A stretch of DNA of 64,000 nucleotides from assembly GCA_965198945.1 (NCBI GenBank), contig CBDAQI010000013.1:62428-126427 (forward strand). Reading direction: 5' to 3'. This DNA comes from Thermodesulfobacteriota bacterium (GTDB taxonomy: Bacteria > Desulfobacterota_D > UBA1144 > Nemesobacterales > Mycalebacteriaceae). The translations under genes and the position numbers were made by a program. This document shows positions 20,996 through 34,200 of the stretch, one piece after another. Every line of letters begins with the position of its first letter. Position 1 is the first letter of the stretch. Below the pieces are notes generated by a model. It was not told the DNA's origin. It made no database searches and saw only the letters and a program-made list of their open reading frames with translations.

Positions 20996-21763
20996 TCAGC
21001 CGTCAGTTTCATTTTTTTTCTTTTCCAGAAAAGGCCTCAACATTTCGAGCGGGAGCGGGAGTATTATTGTTGAGTTTCTCTCGGACGGAAGGTCTGACAA
21101 TGCCTGAAGGAAACGCAGTTGAAGTGAGGCGGGATTTTTTGAAAGTACATCGGAAGCTTCCGAGATTTTCTGTGAAGCCTGGAACTCTCCCTCGGCGCTT
21201 ATGACCCTCGCTCTTCTTTCTCTCTCCGCTTCGGCCTGTTTTGCCATTGCTCTCTGCATTTCCTGAGGCAGATCAACATGCTTTACCTCAACAAGCGTAA
21301 CTTTTATTCCCCAGTCGTCAGTCTGGGTGTCAAGAACTTCCTGCAGTTTCAAATTGAGTTCTTCCCTGTCAGTCAAAAGCTCGTCCAGTTCAACCTGTCC
21401 GAGGATGCTCCTCAGGGTCGTCTGCGCAAGCTGTGAAGTTGCATAGTAGTAATTTTCAACCTTCACAATAGTGTTTATAGGGTCAATCACTCTAAAATAG
21501 AGAACGGCGTTTACCTTGACCGAAACGTTGTCTTTTGTGATTACATCCTGAGGCGGCACATCCATCGCTATTACGCGAAGACTGACCCTTGTCATTTTAT
21601 CAATGAAAGGAATTATCCAGACAAATCCGGGCCCTTTGAGTCCGATAACACGCCCAAGACGCATAACAACTCCTCTTTCATATTCCTTGAGTATCTTTGC
21701 TCCCGACAGCAGAAGCAGAAGCGCTATTATCAGCAGAGTTGTAACAGAAGGTATGGGAATCAT
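20996..21763 (-). CDS. SPFH / band-7 (stomatin-like) membrane protein
   Basis: 255 aa. N-terminal TM, then SPFH domain (…[23 protein letters not shown]…) and a C-terminal coiled-coil. Confidence 0.85.
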   Translation of the reverse strand: MIPIPSVTTLLIIALLLLLSGAKILKEYERGVVMRLGRVIGLKGPGFVWIIPFIDKMTRVSLRVIAMDVPPQDVITKDNVSVKVNAVLYFRVIDPINTIVKVENYYYATSQLAQTTLRSILGQVELDELLTDREELNLKLQEVLDTQTDDWGIKVTLVEVKHVDLPQEMQRAMAKQAEAERERRARVISAEGEFQASQKISEASDVLSKNPASLQLRFLQALSDLPSERNSTIILPLPLEMLRPFLEKKKNETDG

Positions 21764-21799
21764 TTTTTTTCTCCGTTTTTTTGACTCAAAACACAGGGT

Positions 21800-23128
21800 T
21801 CAGGAATCGCTTCCCTCTCCCCTGTGCTTCACCTTGATTTTCAGACCCTTTTCTCTGCCCAGGACAACAACCCGGGAGCCTTTTGAAAGAGTATCATCAC
21901 TTTCGGCTTTCCAATATTCGCAGCCTACTGAAACTATACCGCTACCGTTGTTCCAGTCAACAACCCTTCCTTCAAGTTCTCCTCCCCCTCCTCCCGTATA
22001 GGAAACTTTTGGTGAACGTACAATGGAAACAACCACAAAAATAAGAAGCAGTCCCAGAACTCCTCCCAAGGTTGCAAGAGTCTCGTAAGCAACACTCAGC
22101 CCGGTTTGTTCCGTGTCAAAAAGCAGAACCCCTCCCGCAAGAAGAGACACTATGCCGCCGAGCGCGAGAAGACCGTAACTGGTTACAAACATCTCGGCCA
22201 TAATAAGCCCCGCCCCGACTGCGATCAGTCCCAGTCCGGCGTAGTTGAAGGGAAGCATCTGGAGTGAAGCAAGCGCCAGTATAAGAGCTATTATTCCCAC
22301 AACACCAGGGAAAATACTTCCCGGATTGTATATTTCCATTAAAATTCCCAGAGAGCCGAGAGAAAGAAGAAGGTATGCAATGTCCGGTGAGCCGAGAATA
22401 TTGCCCAGACGCTGACGGATTGTCATTTTTTGCGCGACAATTTTAGCCCCGGCGGTTGATATTTTGCGCACCCCGTTTTCAGTGCTGACGGAAGTTCCGT
22501 CAATTTTTTTAAGCAAGTCATCCATGTCATCCGCCGCAAGATCAACTATGTTTTTTTTGACCGCATATTTCCATGTTACCGAAGAGCTTTCGGTAACCGA
22601 TTTGACGGCCCAGTTCGCATTGCGCCCTCTTTTTTCCGCGATGCTTTTTATGTAGGACGAGGCGAAGTTTTCTATTTTCTTCCCCGCTTTGCCTTCCTGC
22701 GCTTTTCCGTCTGCGGTGACGGGCTGCGCCGCCCCTATGCTTGTTCCGGGAGCCATCGCCGCAATGTGAGACGCGAGAACTATGAAAGTGCCGGCCGATG
22801 TCGCGGTTGCTCCCGACGGTGAGACGTAAGCCACAACCGGAACCGGTGAGTTAATTATGTCTTTCACAATTTCTTTTGTTGAATTAAGCAGCCCGCCCGG
22901 AGTGTCAATAATTATCACGACCGCTTCGGCTCTTATCCGCATGGCTTGTTCTATCGCCGTTTTAATAAAATCCGCTGAAAAAGGGTTAACCGTTCCGTTC
23001 AATGTAACGGTCACAACCGTTTCGGGGCTCGGCTCATTTTTTTCATCGGCGCGGGTTTTTCCCGTTCCCGCAAGGAGCGCGCACAAAAAAACAGCGCATA
23101 AGAAAATTTTTTGAAACTTGCCACTCAT
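21800..23128 (-). CDS. NfeD-like membrane-bound ClpP-class serine protease (long form), partner of the stomatin gene
   Basis: 442 aa. Signal peptide, ClpP-like domain, multi-TM region, C-terminal OB-fold (…GSRVVVLGREKGLKIKV…). Confidence 0.8.
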   Translation of the reverse strand: MSGKFQKIFLCAVFLCALLAGTGKTRADEKNEPSPETVVTVTLNGTVNPFSADFIKTAIEQAMRIRAEAVVIIIDTPGGLLNSTKEIVKDIINSPVPVVAYVSPSGATATSAGTFIVLASHIAAMAPGTSIGAAQPVTADGKAQEGKAGKKIENFASSYIKSIAEKRGRNANWAVKSVTESSSVTWKYAVKKNIVDLAADDMDDLLKKIDGTSVSTENGVRKISTAGAKIVAQKMTIRQRLGNILGSPDIAYLLLSLGSLGILMEIYNPGSIFPGVVGIIALILALASLQMLPFNYAGLGLIAVGAGLIMAEMFVTSYGLLALGGIVSLLAGGVLLFDTEQTGLSVAYETLATLGGVLGLLLIFVVVSIVRSPKVSYTGGGGGELEGRVVDWNNGSGIVSVGCEYWKAESDDTLSKGSRVVVLGREKGLKIKVKHRGEGSDS

Positions 23129-23166
23129 TTTTTAGAGAATATAATAACCATTCGGTATTTTAATGA

Positions 23167-23187
23167 CAAAGACCGTACGGTCTTTTC
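23167..23187. promoter_or_regulatory. Perfect palindrome AAAGACCG-TA-CGGTCTTT in the divergent nfeD/TPR intergenic region. Candidate operator.
   Basis: 18-20 bp perfect inverted repeat read directly in the sequence, with a TATAAT-like box about 30 bp upstream. Confidence 0.35.
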
Positions 23188-23217
23188 AAATCTTTGGAGA
23201 ATGGCTGAAATTTAATC

Positions 23218-23832
23218 GTGACTTCCCTTCCGGAAAGCATTTACGAACGCGTCTCGTCAATGAGCCGCCTTGCAATCTTGGCCCTTATTCTTATTCCGGT
23301 CACGGCTTTTCTTCTTTATGCGGTTTTTGCCGATTCGCGTGAGAAGAAAATTCTTGAAGCGAATCGCAGAATGGACGCCGCCATTGCGGCATATGAAAAA
23401 GGCGAGGTGGAAATGTCTCTTCAGGCACTTGAAGAAATCAGAAACGGCTTTGGCGGTTTGGATACGGCAAAGGTTGCGAAGTATTACGAAGGGGCAATTC
23501 TGTTCGGGCTTGAGGAAGACGAAAAATCTCTTGAATATATGGAGAGTTTTCTTTCGGATTCTCCTCAAAGTTTTCTCAAAACGGAATCTCTTTTCATGGC
23601 CGGATTTTCAAGCTTTCGTCTGCGGAAATGGGACAAAGCCGTAATGTATTTTGAAGAGCTTCTCTCTATCGGAACAAAATCTCACGAAAAAAGGGTTCTG
23701 CCCCTTCTCGGAGCCGCATATTTTAGAGCCGGCAACAGGGAAAAAGCGGAGGCCGTATATGAAAGGTTTATAACCGTTTTCCCGAAAGCTGATATTTACA
23801 GCCCGGAACCGGCATCTGAAAAACCGGAATAG
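23218..23832 (+). CDS. Membrane-anchored TPR-repeat protein (YfgM-like)
   Basis: 204 aa. One N-terminal TM (LAILALILIPVTAFLLYAVF), then TPR-like helical repeats. Confidence 0.6.
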   Translation: MTSLPESIYERVSSMSRLAILALILIPVTAFLLYAVFADSREKKILEANRRMDAAIAAYEKGEVEMSLQALEEIRNGFGGLDTAKVAKYYEGAILFGLEEDEKSLEYMESFLSDSPQSFLKTESLFMAGFSSFRLRKWDKAVMYFEELLSIGTKSHEKRVLPLLGAAYFRAGNREKAEAVYERFITVFPKADIYSPEPASEKPE

Positions 23833-23870
23833 GTTTTTTCATCAATTCAGTGGTTTGTAAAAAAAATTTA

Positions 23871-23953
23871 TGCCGAAGGGGGGACTCGAACCCCCACGCC
23901 ACAAGGGCACTACCCCCTCAAGATAGCGCGTCTGCCAATTCCGCCACTTCGGC
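23871..23953 (-). tRNA. tRNA-Leu (anticodon GAG)
   Basis: Cloverleaf folded by hand. Acceptor GCCGAAG/CTTCGGC, anticodon stem CTATC/GGTAG with loop TTGAGGG, long variable arm, T-arm GGGGG-TTCGAGT-CCCCC. CCA not encoded. Confidence 0.85.
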
Positions 23954-23984
23954 TTCAAAGACGGTTGATTGTATCACAAATATA

Positions 23985-25217
23985 CTAAGCTCCAAATTTG
24001 GAGAGCCGTTCCGCATGTGCCAGAGCAAGGGGCATTATATCAACTGACTTTATTATTCCAAGCTCTCCGTTACGGCAGTCAATTTCATTAAAATATCTCA
24101 CTCCCCCGATGCTGAAGCGCGATTTTATTAAAAGAGGAACGGGGTGCCAGCTGTGAGAAGACATCAGGGCGGGAGTGGAGTGATCTCCGGTTACTATGAG
24201 AACATCGGGGTTGAGAGCGAGCAGGCGCGGCAGAAATTTATCAAACTCCTCTATGGCTTTCTTTTTCTCACTGAAGTTTCCGTCCTCCCCGTGTCTGTCA
24301 GTGGATTTAATGTGCATATAAACAAAATCATAATCGAGGAAAACTTTTTCCGTCTGTGCGACAATCTTCCCGGTCCCCACTCCCGCGGGGTCTGTTATGT
24401 CCATTTTTACAATTCCGGCAACTCCCCGGTACATCGGATAAGCCGCCACGCATGCGGCCCGCAGGCGGTATATCTCTCCGAACGATTCCAAGTCGGGAAG
24501 TGTGGAAAACCCCCTCAGAAGCGCGCAGTTGGCATTTTTTCTGTTTTTCAAAATATCCCGCACTTTTTCAGAAAATTTCTGAGCCGTCCGTGCGGCGGAA
24601 ATGGTTTTTTTGTTTTTACTTCCGGTTTTTAAGGGAGCGGGAGCAACGCCCTCTTTTTGAGGGTCTGTGTCGCAAATTTGCTCCGCATCGGGAACCGGTT
24701 GCGGGAATTGAAAGACGACGGCGAATCTGTGCTCAACTCCCGGATGCATTTTAATTTTCACATTGCCGATTTTTTTTATTGAATCCGATATTTGTGAAAC
24801 CAGAGCGGCGCTTTGTTCGGTTGATATTCTTCCCGCTCTTCTGTCAGTGAGCACCGGCTTCCCGTTTTTTATTTCAACATTGGCAAAATTCCCCCTCGCA
24901 ACCATGTCGTTTTCGCCGATTTCCAAGCCCAGACCGACCGCCTCAACAACGCCCCTGCCGACTTTGAAACTGAGCGGGTCGTAACCGAAAAGTCCCAGAT
25001 GAGCAGCCCCGCTGCCAGGCGTGATGCCCGGCGCCACAGGTGTGTGAAAACCGAGTGATGACAAGGGGGCTATGCAGTCAAGATTCGGTGTTTTCGCAAT
25101 TTGGAGTTCCGTCTTGTTTGTTGCCGGCAGACCGCCGAGACCGTCAAGCACACACATAAGTATTTTTGAATGTGATTCAACCGACAGTTCCCGCATCAGA
25201 GAATGCATGTCAGACAA
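23985..25217 (-). CDS. apgM: 2,3-bisphosphoglycerate-independent phosphoglycerate mutase, archaeal type
   Basis: 410 aa. ApgM family N-terminus (…ILMCVLDGLGG…) with metal-binding Asp/His motifs. Confidence 0.85.
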   Translation of the reverse strand: MSDMHSLMRELSVESHSKILMCVLDGLGGLPATNKTELQIAKTPNLDCIAPLSSLGFHTPVAPGITPGSGAAHLGLFGYDPLSFKVGRGVVEAVGLGLEIGENDMVARGNFANVEIKNGKPVLTDRRAGRISTEQSAALVSQISDSIKKIGNVKIKMHPGVEHRFAVVFQFPQPVPDAEQICDTDPQKEGVAPAPLKTGSKNKKTISAARTAQKFSEKVRDILKNRKNANCALLRGFSTLPDLESFGEIYRLRAACVAAYPMYRGVAGIVKMDITDPAGVGTGKIVAQTEKVFLDYDFVYMHIKSTDRHGEDGNFSEKKKAIEEFDKFLPRLLALNPDVLIVTGDHSTPALMSSHSWHPVPLLIKSRFSIGGVRYFNEIDCRNGELGIIKSVDIMPLALAHAERLSKFGA

Positions 25218-26007
25218 TGGCTGCGCCTCCGGAGTTTTTTATTTGAAAAACCGCCCCGTCCCTTGCGGGCTCCACATTTTCGGGAAGGATTCCGTTCAGT
25301 TCAAAATAGTCCATATCGCAACTCATATGGGTCAACACGGCCCTTTTGGGGGCGAGATTTTTTATTTGTTCAAGGGTTTGCTCAAGATTGAAATGTGCCG
25401 GGTGCGGACTGTATCTTAAAGCGCCTATTATCAGAAGTTCAAGATTTATGAGTTTTTTTTCCGATTCGGACGGGATACCGTTGCAGTCTGTCAGGTAGGC
25501 GAAGTTTCCTATCCTGTAGCCGAGTATATTCCAAGTGCCGTGTTTGATTTTTACGGGGAAAACCCTTATCCCCGATATGGAAAAATCCCCGTTTACTTCC
25601 TTCAGATGAAGATTGGGCCTTTTCTGTTCAGGGGTTTGCTCTCCGAAAATATAGCTGAAGTTTCTCCTCAGGTTTTGGGCTGTTTCGTGATTTGCGTAGC
25701 ATTCTATTGCATGTTTGCCGAATCTCGTAAACGGTTTAAGGTCATCTATGCCGTTTGTGTGGTCGGCGTGTGAGTGCGTGTATAGAACCGCGTTTACTCG
25801 TGAGAAACCTTCGCGCAGCGCCTGTTTTCTCAAATCGGGCGAAGTGTCTATGAGGATGTTGATACCTCCGGTTTCCACAAGCACCGAACTTCTGGTTCGC
25901 TTGTTTTCTCGTGCCTGTGAACTGCAAACCGGACAGTCGCATCCGACAACCGGAACTCCGGTTGATGTTGCGCATCCCAGAACTGTCACTTTAATCTGAT
26001 TGCTCAA
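25210..26007 (-). CDS. MBL-fold metallo-hydrolase (PhnP/PqqB-like)
   Basis: 265 aa. HxHxDH motif (THSHADHTNGIDDL). Confidence 0.8.
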   Translation of the reverse strand: MSNQIKVTVLGCATSTGVPVVGCDCPVCSSQARENKRTRSSVLVETGGINILIDTSPDLRKQALREGFSRVNAVLYTHSHADHTNGIDDLKPFTRFGKHAIECYANHETAQNLRRNFSYIFGEQTPEQKRPNLHLKEVNGDFSISGIRVFPVKIKHGTWNILGYRIGNFAYLTDCNGIPSESEKKLINLELLIIGALRYSPHPAHFNLEQTLEQIKNLAPKRAVLTHMSCDMDYFELNGILPENVEPARDGAVFQIKNSGGAAIV

Positions 26008-26082
26008 TTTCTTCCGCCGTCTTGCGGACGGCTCCGCTCATAAATAGAATGTGAAATATACTGCACCACGGAGTCTTTTCAT

Positions 26083-27797
26083 ATGGGCGCAAACTTTGAA
26101 ATAGCCCGTCTTTTTTCAGAAATAGCTTCAATGCTTGAGATTGGCGGCGACAATCCCTTCAAAATAAGAGCCTATAGAAAAGCCGCTGATTTGATAAATG
26201 ATCTGGACGGAGAACTTTCTGAAATGTTTCCGGACGGGTGGAATTTCACCTCAATTGACGGAATAGGAAAAGAAATGTCATTGAAAATAAACGAGTTTTT
26301 TGACACCGGAGAAATTCAATATCACAAAGAAATGTTATCCAAGGTCGGTCGCGGGCCGCTTGAAATGTTGAAACTCAGAGGCATGGGACCTAAAACGGTG
26401 CGTCTTTTCTGTGAAGCGGGCATAAAGTGCATTGATGACCTTGAGCGCCTAATTCATCAAAACGAAGGGATTGAAGGCATACGGGGCATAGGGAAAAAGA
26501 AAGCCGGCAGTATTTTGGAAGCGGTCCGTTTTTACAAAGAAAATCTTTCCTCTCACAGCCTTGGTGTGGGAATTGCAGCGGCGAATTTTTTGTGCGGTGA
26601 GATTTCAGGCATTGACGGTGTGACATGCGTGCGCCCCGTTGGCCGCTTGAGGAGAATGTGTGAAACCGTTTCTGAAATTGAACTGCTTATTTCATTTGAA
26701 AACACCGAAGGCGTGAAGGGTGAATCCAAATTTTTCAAATGCCTTTCAGAGCTTCCGGGCATGGTCGGCGTTGAAAAAATTGAGGACGCACGGTTCACAA
26801 AAGCTTTTGTTTTTAACTCTAATGTCAAAATAAAAACCGTTGTCTATCTGACCGGACTTGAGAGTTTTTCGCTCAACCTTGTTCGGCTTACGGGTTCGGA
26901 CTCTCACTGGAAAAAACTTTCATCTCTCAAAAATGAAGGTGTATCCGCAAGCGCCGCGAGTGAGGAAGATATTTATTCCGGTCTGGGGCTCTCTTTTATC
27001 CCCCCTGAGCTCCGGGAAGACAAAGGTGAAATTGAAGCCGCAAAATGCGGCGGCCTTCCGAGGCTTGTTCAGCTTTCTGATATCAGAGGAGACCTTCACA
27101 CCCATACGGATTGGAGTGACGGCAGAGACTCGGTGGAGCAAATGGCGGCCGCGGCGCGGGAAATGGGTTATGAATACATCGCACTTACGGATCATTCCCC
27201 TTCATCAAGCGTCGCAAACGGGCTTAGTGTGGACAGGCTCTTTTTGAAGGCCGAAGAAGTGAAAAAAGTCAACTCGCGTCCGGATGGGGTGAAAATTCTC
27301 ATGGGCGCTGAAGTTGACATCAAACCGGACGGTTCTCTTGATTATCCGGATGATATTCTTTCAGAGCTTGATTTTGTGACGGCGTCCATTCACAGCTCTT
27401 TTTCACAAGACTCCCGCTCTGTCACAAAAAGAGTTGTGCGCGCTCTTGAAAATCCTTTTGTGCATGCTCTCGCGCCACCCGACGGCCAGAATCATAGGCA
27501 GACGCGCTCCGTGTAAATTAGATATGGAAAAAGTTGCCGATGCGGCTCTGCAAAACGGCAAGGCTCTTGAAATAAACTCTTCGTGTGACAGGCTTGACCT
27601 CAAAGATGAGCATGTGTTTCTCGCCGTTCGAAAAGGTGTTAAACTTATAGTTTCAAACCGATTCCCACGCCGCCCGGCAGCTTGGAACAATGGTGTGCGG
27701 AGTGGCGGTTGCAAGGCGCGGCTGGGCGCGCGCCGCTGATTTTCTCAATACTCTGTCTCTTCAGGATTTGCTTCAGTGGCTGAAAAAACACGGATAG
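26083..27797 (+). pseudogene. polX: DNA polymerase X family (Pol-beta-like plus PHP domain), interrupted by two +1 homopolymer frameshifts
   Basis: Frame A (26083..27516) carries the HhH / pol-beta palm and the start of the PHP domain. The PHP domain continues in a second frame (…HPTARIIGRR…LEINS…) after an extra C at 27475-27476. It continues in a third frame (…IVSTDSHAARQLGTMVCGVAVARRGW…LQWLKKHG*) after an extra A at 27655-27657. Confidence 0.8.
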
Positions 27798-27827
27798 AAG
27801 ATTCCGGCTCGTTTCAAAACGGGATAG

Positions 27828-29832
<2,005 letters not shown>

Positions 29833-29848
29833 AAGTCAGGCGCCGGTT

Positions 29849-31165
29849 CTACCGTATTTCTTTTTTGGCCTCCGTAAGATTTTTTGTTATCCGGCTCTCA
29901 ACCCAGAAAAGATCCCACCATTCAAGAGGTTCAACCGGCACGCCTCCGATATAAATGCCGAAATGCAGATGGTCCCCGAACGCGAGGCCCGTTGCTCCTG
30001 TGTTTCCTATTTTGTCTCCTTTGAGAACGCTGTCTCCCCTTTGAGCGATCATTGAGCTCAGGTGTGCATAGAGTGTCGCCACTCCCATTCCGTGGTCTAT
30101 TATCAGAGTGTTTCCGTATATGCCGAGTTCATCGGAAAAAACAACAACACCGTTGTTTGCCGCGCGAACGGGATTTTTTCTCTCCGAAGCCAGGTCATAA
30201 CCAAGGTGGTCTTGCTCGTCTATCAACTCGCCTTCAAAAAAGTATTTCCTTTTTTCAAACTGAGACTGCAAAGCTCCGACAGGTCTTATAAACGGCCCTT
30301 CCCACATTATCTTGTCCGCTGATAGACTGATTACTTTGTCTATTTTTTCATTGTTAAGCCGGCGGATTTGATTGTTGATCATAATGAAAGTTTCTTTGAG
30401 CGAAACATTTTCCGAGTCATTCACGAGGGGAACCATTTTCATTCTGATAAATCTCTCGGTCACATCAATATTCAGTTCCGGAAAAATTTTTTCTTTCAAT
30501 CTGTAACTGATTGGGAGGTTTCTTCTGTTTCCTATGGAATCGGTTGCGGTGATGAGTACGGTCTCGCCTTCGGGGAAATTATAGGGATAGGAGAAAAACG
30601 CTATGCGGATATTTTCATCGGGGAATTCCGCCTCCGTCCCGGCTTTGTAACCCTTGAAGAATTTGTCTCCTATCTTTACGCCGCTCTGCTGGGAGTCAGG
30701 GGAAACTTTGTAAACAACAACAGCCGAGCCCCCCCTGGATATATTTTCAGTTCCGGACAAAACAATTATCTTGGGCGGAGACAAATCAGCGACTATGTTT
30801 TTTATTCTGGTTGCCGATGACTTGCCAAAATTCAGCGGGCCTCCGTAAGACTCCGCAACGGCTTTGATTTGACCGGGGCCGTCTTCAATGCCTGCAAACG
30901 GGTTCAAAGAGACTTTTATTGTGTCTTCATCAACACCCTCGTCATACTGTTTGCTTTTAAGCAAAAGGGTTTTGTCTTCCCCGATGTAGGAAACCTGAAC
31001 ACTTTTCAAACCTTTGCCGCTTCCGGAAAACTTTATGCTGAAAGGCTGTCTGCCCACGGTTTCAGACTCTTCAATGAATCCGACGGTGGTTTCTTCAAAA
31101 CATGAACGCAGACCGAATACCGCGACAGCAAGAGCTACAACTATCAAGAGGATTTTTTTTATCAT
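29849..31165 (-). CDS. M23-family peptidase (LytM/EnvC-like) with signal peptide
   Basis: 438 aa. C-terminal M23 domain (…HLGYD…, …IDHGMGVATLYAHL…, GDHLHFG). Confidence 0.85.
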   Translation of the reverse strand: MIKKILLIVVALAVAVFGLRSCFEETTVGFIEESETVGRQPFSIKFSGSGKGLKSVQVSYIGEDKTLLLKSKQYDEGVDEDTIKVSLNPFAGIEDGPGQIKAVAESYGGPLNFGKSSATRIKNIVADLSPPKIIVLSGTENISRGGSAVVVYKVSPDSQQSGVKIGDKFFKGYKAGTEAEFPDENIRIAFFSYPYNFPEGETVLITATDSIGNRRNLPISYRLKEKIFPELNIDVTERFIRMKMVPLVNDSENVSLKETFIMINNQIRRLNNEKIDKVISLSADKIMWEGPFIRPVGALQSQFEKRKYFFEGELIDEQDHLGYDLASERKNPVRAANNGVVVFSDELGIYGNTLIIDHGMGVATLYAHLSSMIAQRGDSVLKGDKIGNTGATGLAFGDHLHFGIYIGGVPVEPLEWWDLFWVESRITKNLTEAKKEIR

Positions 31166-31249
31166 TGTTCTTTCCCGAAATATGAATCCGGATTTCTATT
31201 GTGCGTTGATTCGGACACTATATTATAGTATGGGCGGTTATTGTAAAGA

Positions 31250-34200
31250 TTGGGCCGAGTTCCCGCCGGGCATTTGAAAATGAGTCGTATTGATACTTTT
31301 TTTATGAGTTTTCTTGTTGTTTTATTTTCAGCCGCAGCGGCTCTTTATGTAGACGCTCTTCCGGTCTCCGCGCAGTCTGAAACTTTTCTCAAAGACACCG
31401 TTGAAAGAAAACTTAAAGAAGCCCTTCCCGGCTTTGAAATCTCGGTCTCTCAAGTGAATATCTTAAATGACAAGGGGTTTGAGCTTAAAGATTTGAAAGT
31501 CTTCAGTGAGGGTGAAAAGGTTGCCGAGGCTGCATCAGTTTCCGTGGGTTACGGCTCCATTCTCTCATATGTGCTTTTTGAGAATTTTTTCTTGCCTCCG
31601 CGGATTGAAATTGAGGGTCTTCGGATGTCAATCTCATCTGAAAAGCGAAAACTTCTTTCTTCTCTCCGGTTTCCGGAAAATGAGACCTCAGAAGAGGGAA
31701 CACCCCCCGTACCGCCGGTCAGTCTTCCGAAAATAAAAATCACGGATTCGGTTTTTAGTTTTGGCGGCACAAGCGCCGTGGTCCGCCGTGCTGAGATTTC
31801 GTTTGTAAGAGAGGAAGACTCCGGAGAATTACAAATCCGTTTGAGAGACGGGGATATTTCACTGCCCGGTTTCAATGTTTCAGTCAGCGGCTTTTTGCTT
31901 GACTCAAAAATTCTCTCCGTTTCCAAAAGGATGCAATTAAAAGATCTGTCCGGCGGCGGAACTCTTGAGACATCTCGCGGAAAAGCACGGATGGAGTTCG
32001 GCATTTCAATTCCTGAGGAGGAAATAAACGCTTTTTGGCAGGGGCGGCTGTCTTTGTCGGAAATAAAGTTTTTGAAACGGGAAAGCAGCCTGTCTTTTGA
32101 TTCCGTCACTTTTTGGAAAGACGGCTCCGTTTCAGTTTCGGGCGGCGCACGGTGGGGAACTTTGACTTCCCGGATCAAAGCTGGAATAGACGCCGCCACA
32201 GATGGACAGCTGATCCCCGACCTGAATGAAAGTGATTTTGAAATTGAGTTTGACTTCTCAAAAGACAAACTGCCTCTCGGAAGCGTGAAGTTTATCGGGT
32301 CGTCAAAAAAAGAAGACGGTCTGTTGGCAGTCTCCGGCGGTATTCCCGAAGACTACCCGGGCAGGCTGGACTTTTTTGGGGTGGGTGAAGCTCTTTCAGA
32401 TTTCAGATTTAAAGTTTTTTTTAACGGGCGCAATATTGATTCGGGCGCATTGTCCGTTGAGTCTCCGAAGTCTTTTATAAAGACGGATTTTCAGACATCA
32501 AACGGGAATTTGAAAGCGAATTACAAAATTGAATTTGAAGATGTTTTCTATGTTTCCGGTGTGTCGCGTTTTTTCCGGCCCTATTCGGTTTCCGGGGCAT
32601 TCAAATCTTTTGGCAGAATTGAGAAAAAAGACGGATCAAAAATTTTTCTCAGCGGCAATGCCCGAATGAAAAACTTTTCCGCAACAATTCTGAAAAGACT
32701 GCACATTGAAGAGGGAAATTTTAATTTCAGTCTGCCGCTTGAGGATTTTTCAATGGAGGAGCTGCTTTTCAATTCTTCAATGGAGGGTGTCTCTTATGAG
32801 GAAGCTTTTGCCGAGGAATTGGATTTCAGTTTCACAAGGGGCGGTGTCCGGATGAAATTCGGGTTTGAGGAATCCGGGGTTTTTGAGATCGCCTCGTTGC
32901 TTGGCAGGGAAAATGGAAACCTTTATGCGGATGTGAAAAAAATTGATATAAAGAGGAAAGGTTCCGGCATGGAGCTTTTTAGAGATTTTCGAGTTGCAAT
33001 TTCAGAAAAAATGATTGAGGTTGGCAGATTTACTCTTTTCGGAAAAAAAGGAACCTATTTTAGTTTCTCCGGTTTTTATAAAAGAAGAGAAACAAAGCCG
33101 GAATTGAATATTAACGCCGATTTTGTGCGTTTTGACACAACGCTGCTTGAAATTTTTCATCCGCCCTTAAAACATTACAAAGGTTTGTTTTCGGGCAAAA
33201 TTATTGCGGACGGCCCGGTGGATTTTCCGGTTGTCAATGTTGATCTTAATTATACAAGCGAACCCTTGGGGCGCGGGCCGGGCTCTCCATTGTTCGCGCC
33301 GCTTTTTCAAAACGTTTTTCGGTCAATCTGTCAATTGAGAATGAATCCGGGAGTTTTCTCAATATTGATGGCGGCGTTTCTCCGACGGGTGAAGGACCTT
33401 ATGAAATCACTGAGTTTCTGCGCGAGCCCTCAAACTACGATTTAATTTTGAAAGCGAACAAGTTCAGCGTCAGGCCCGTTCGTTTTCTTTCCGAGAAAAT
33501 TCAGAATCTTGACGGTCTTTTCAGCGGCGATTTGTCCGTTTTCAACAACAAAGACGGTTTCTCCGTAAGCGGACGGATAGACATTAATGACGCAAAAGTA
33601 AAAGTGGGAGATTGGACTGAAGTTATGGAGATTGAGTCTGCGGGGATGGACTTTGAGGAAAATCAAATTCGTTCCTCTTTCAGACTTATGGATTCTTCGG
33701 GCACGGCCCGGGGAGAGGGAATTTTCAATCTGGGTGATTTTTCATATTTCTGGGAAGTGGAACTTGAGGGAGTTTTTCTTCACATCAAACACCTTTATTC
33801 GGGTTTTTATGGAACCCTTTTTATTGACGGCTCGGGAAGGAATATACGCATAAGGGCCAAAGACCTGAAGACAAAAGACGCCGCCATCTGGATCAGGAAG
33901 GATTACAACATAGCGGTGGCGGGGCTTGTTTTTGTTGATTCTTCGGGTGGCGAAGAGTTTGCGGATGTTAAAAGCCCGGGATTTTTCTCAGAGACATCTG
34001 ATTTAGATTTCCGGCTCTTGATTTCCAGAGACACAAATTTCAGGTTGGACAAAGTCAATTCACTTTTGACCGGCGATCTTCATATCTTAAGAAAACCGGG
34101 AGACAGTTTCAGTTCGGTCAGCGGTGAACTGAGCGTTTTCAGGGGATCATACAGTATGTTTGGAAAGAGGTTTGTCATTGACAAAGGCGTAATCTCGCTT

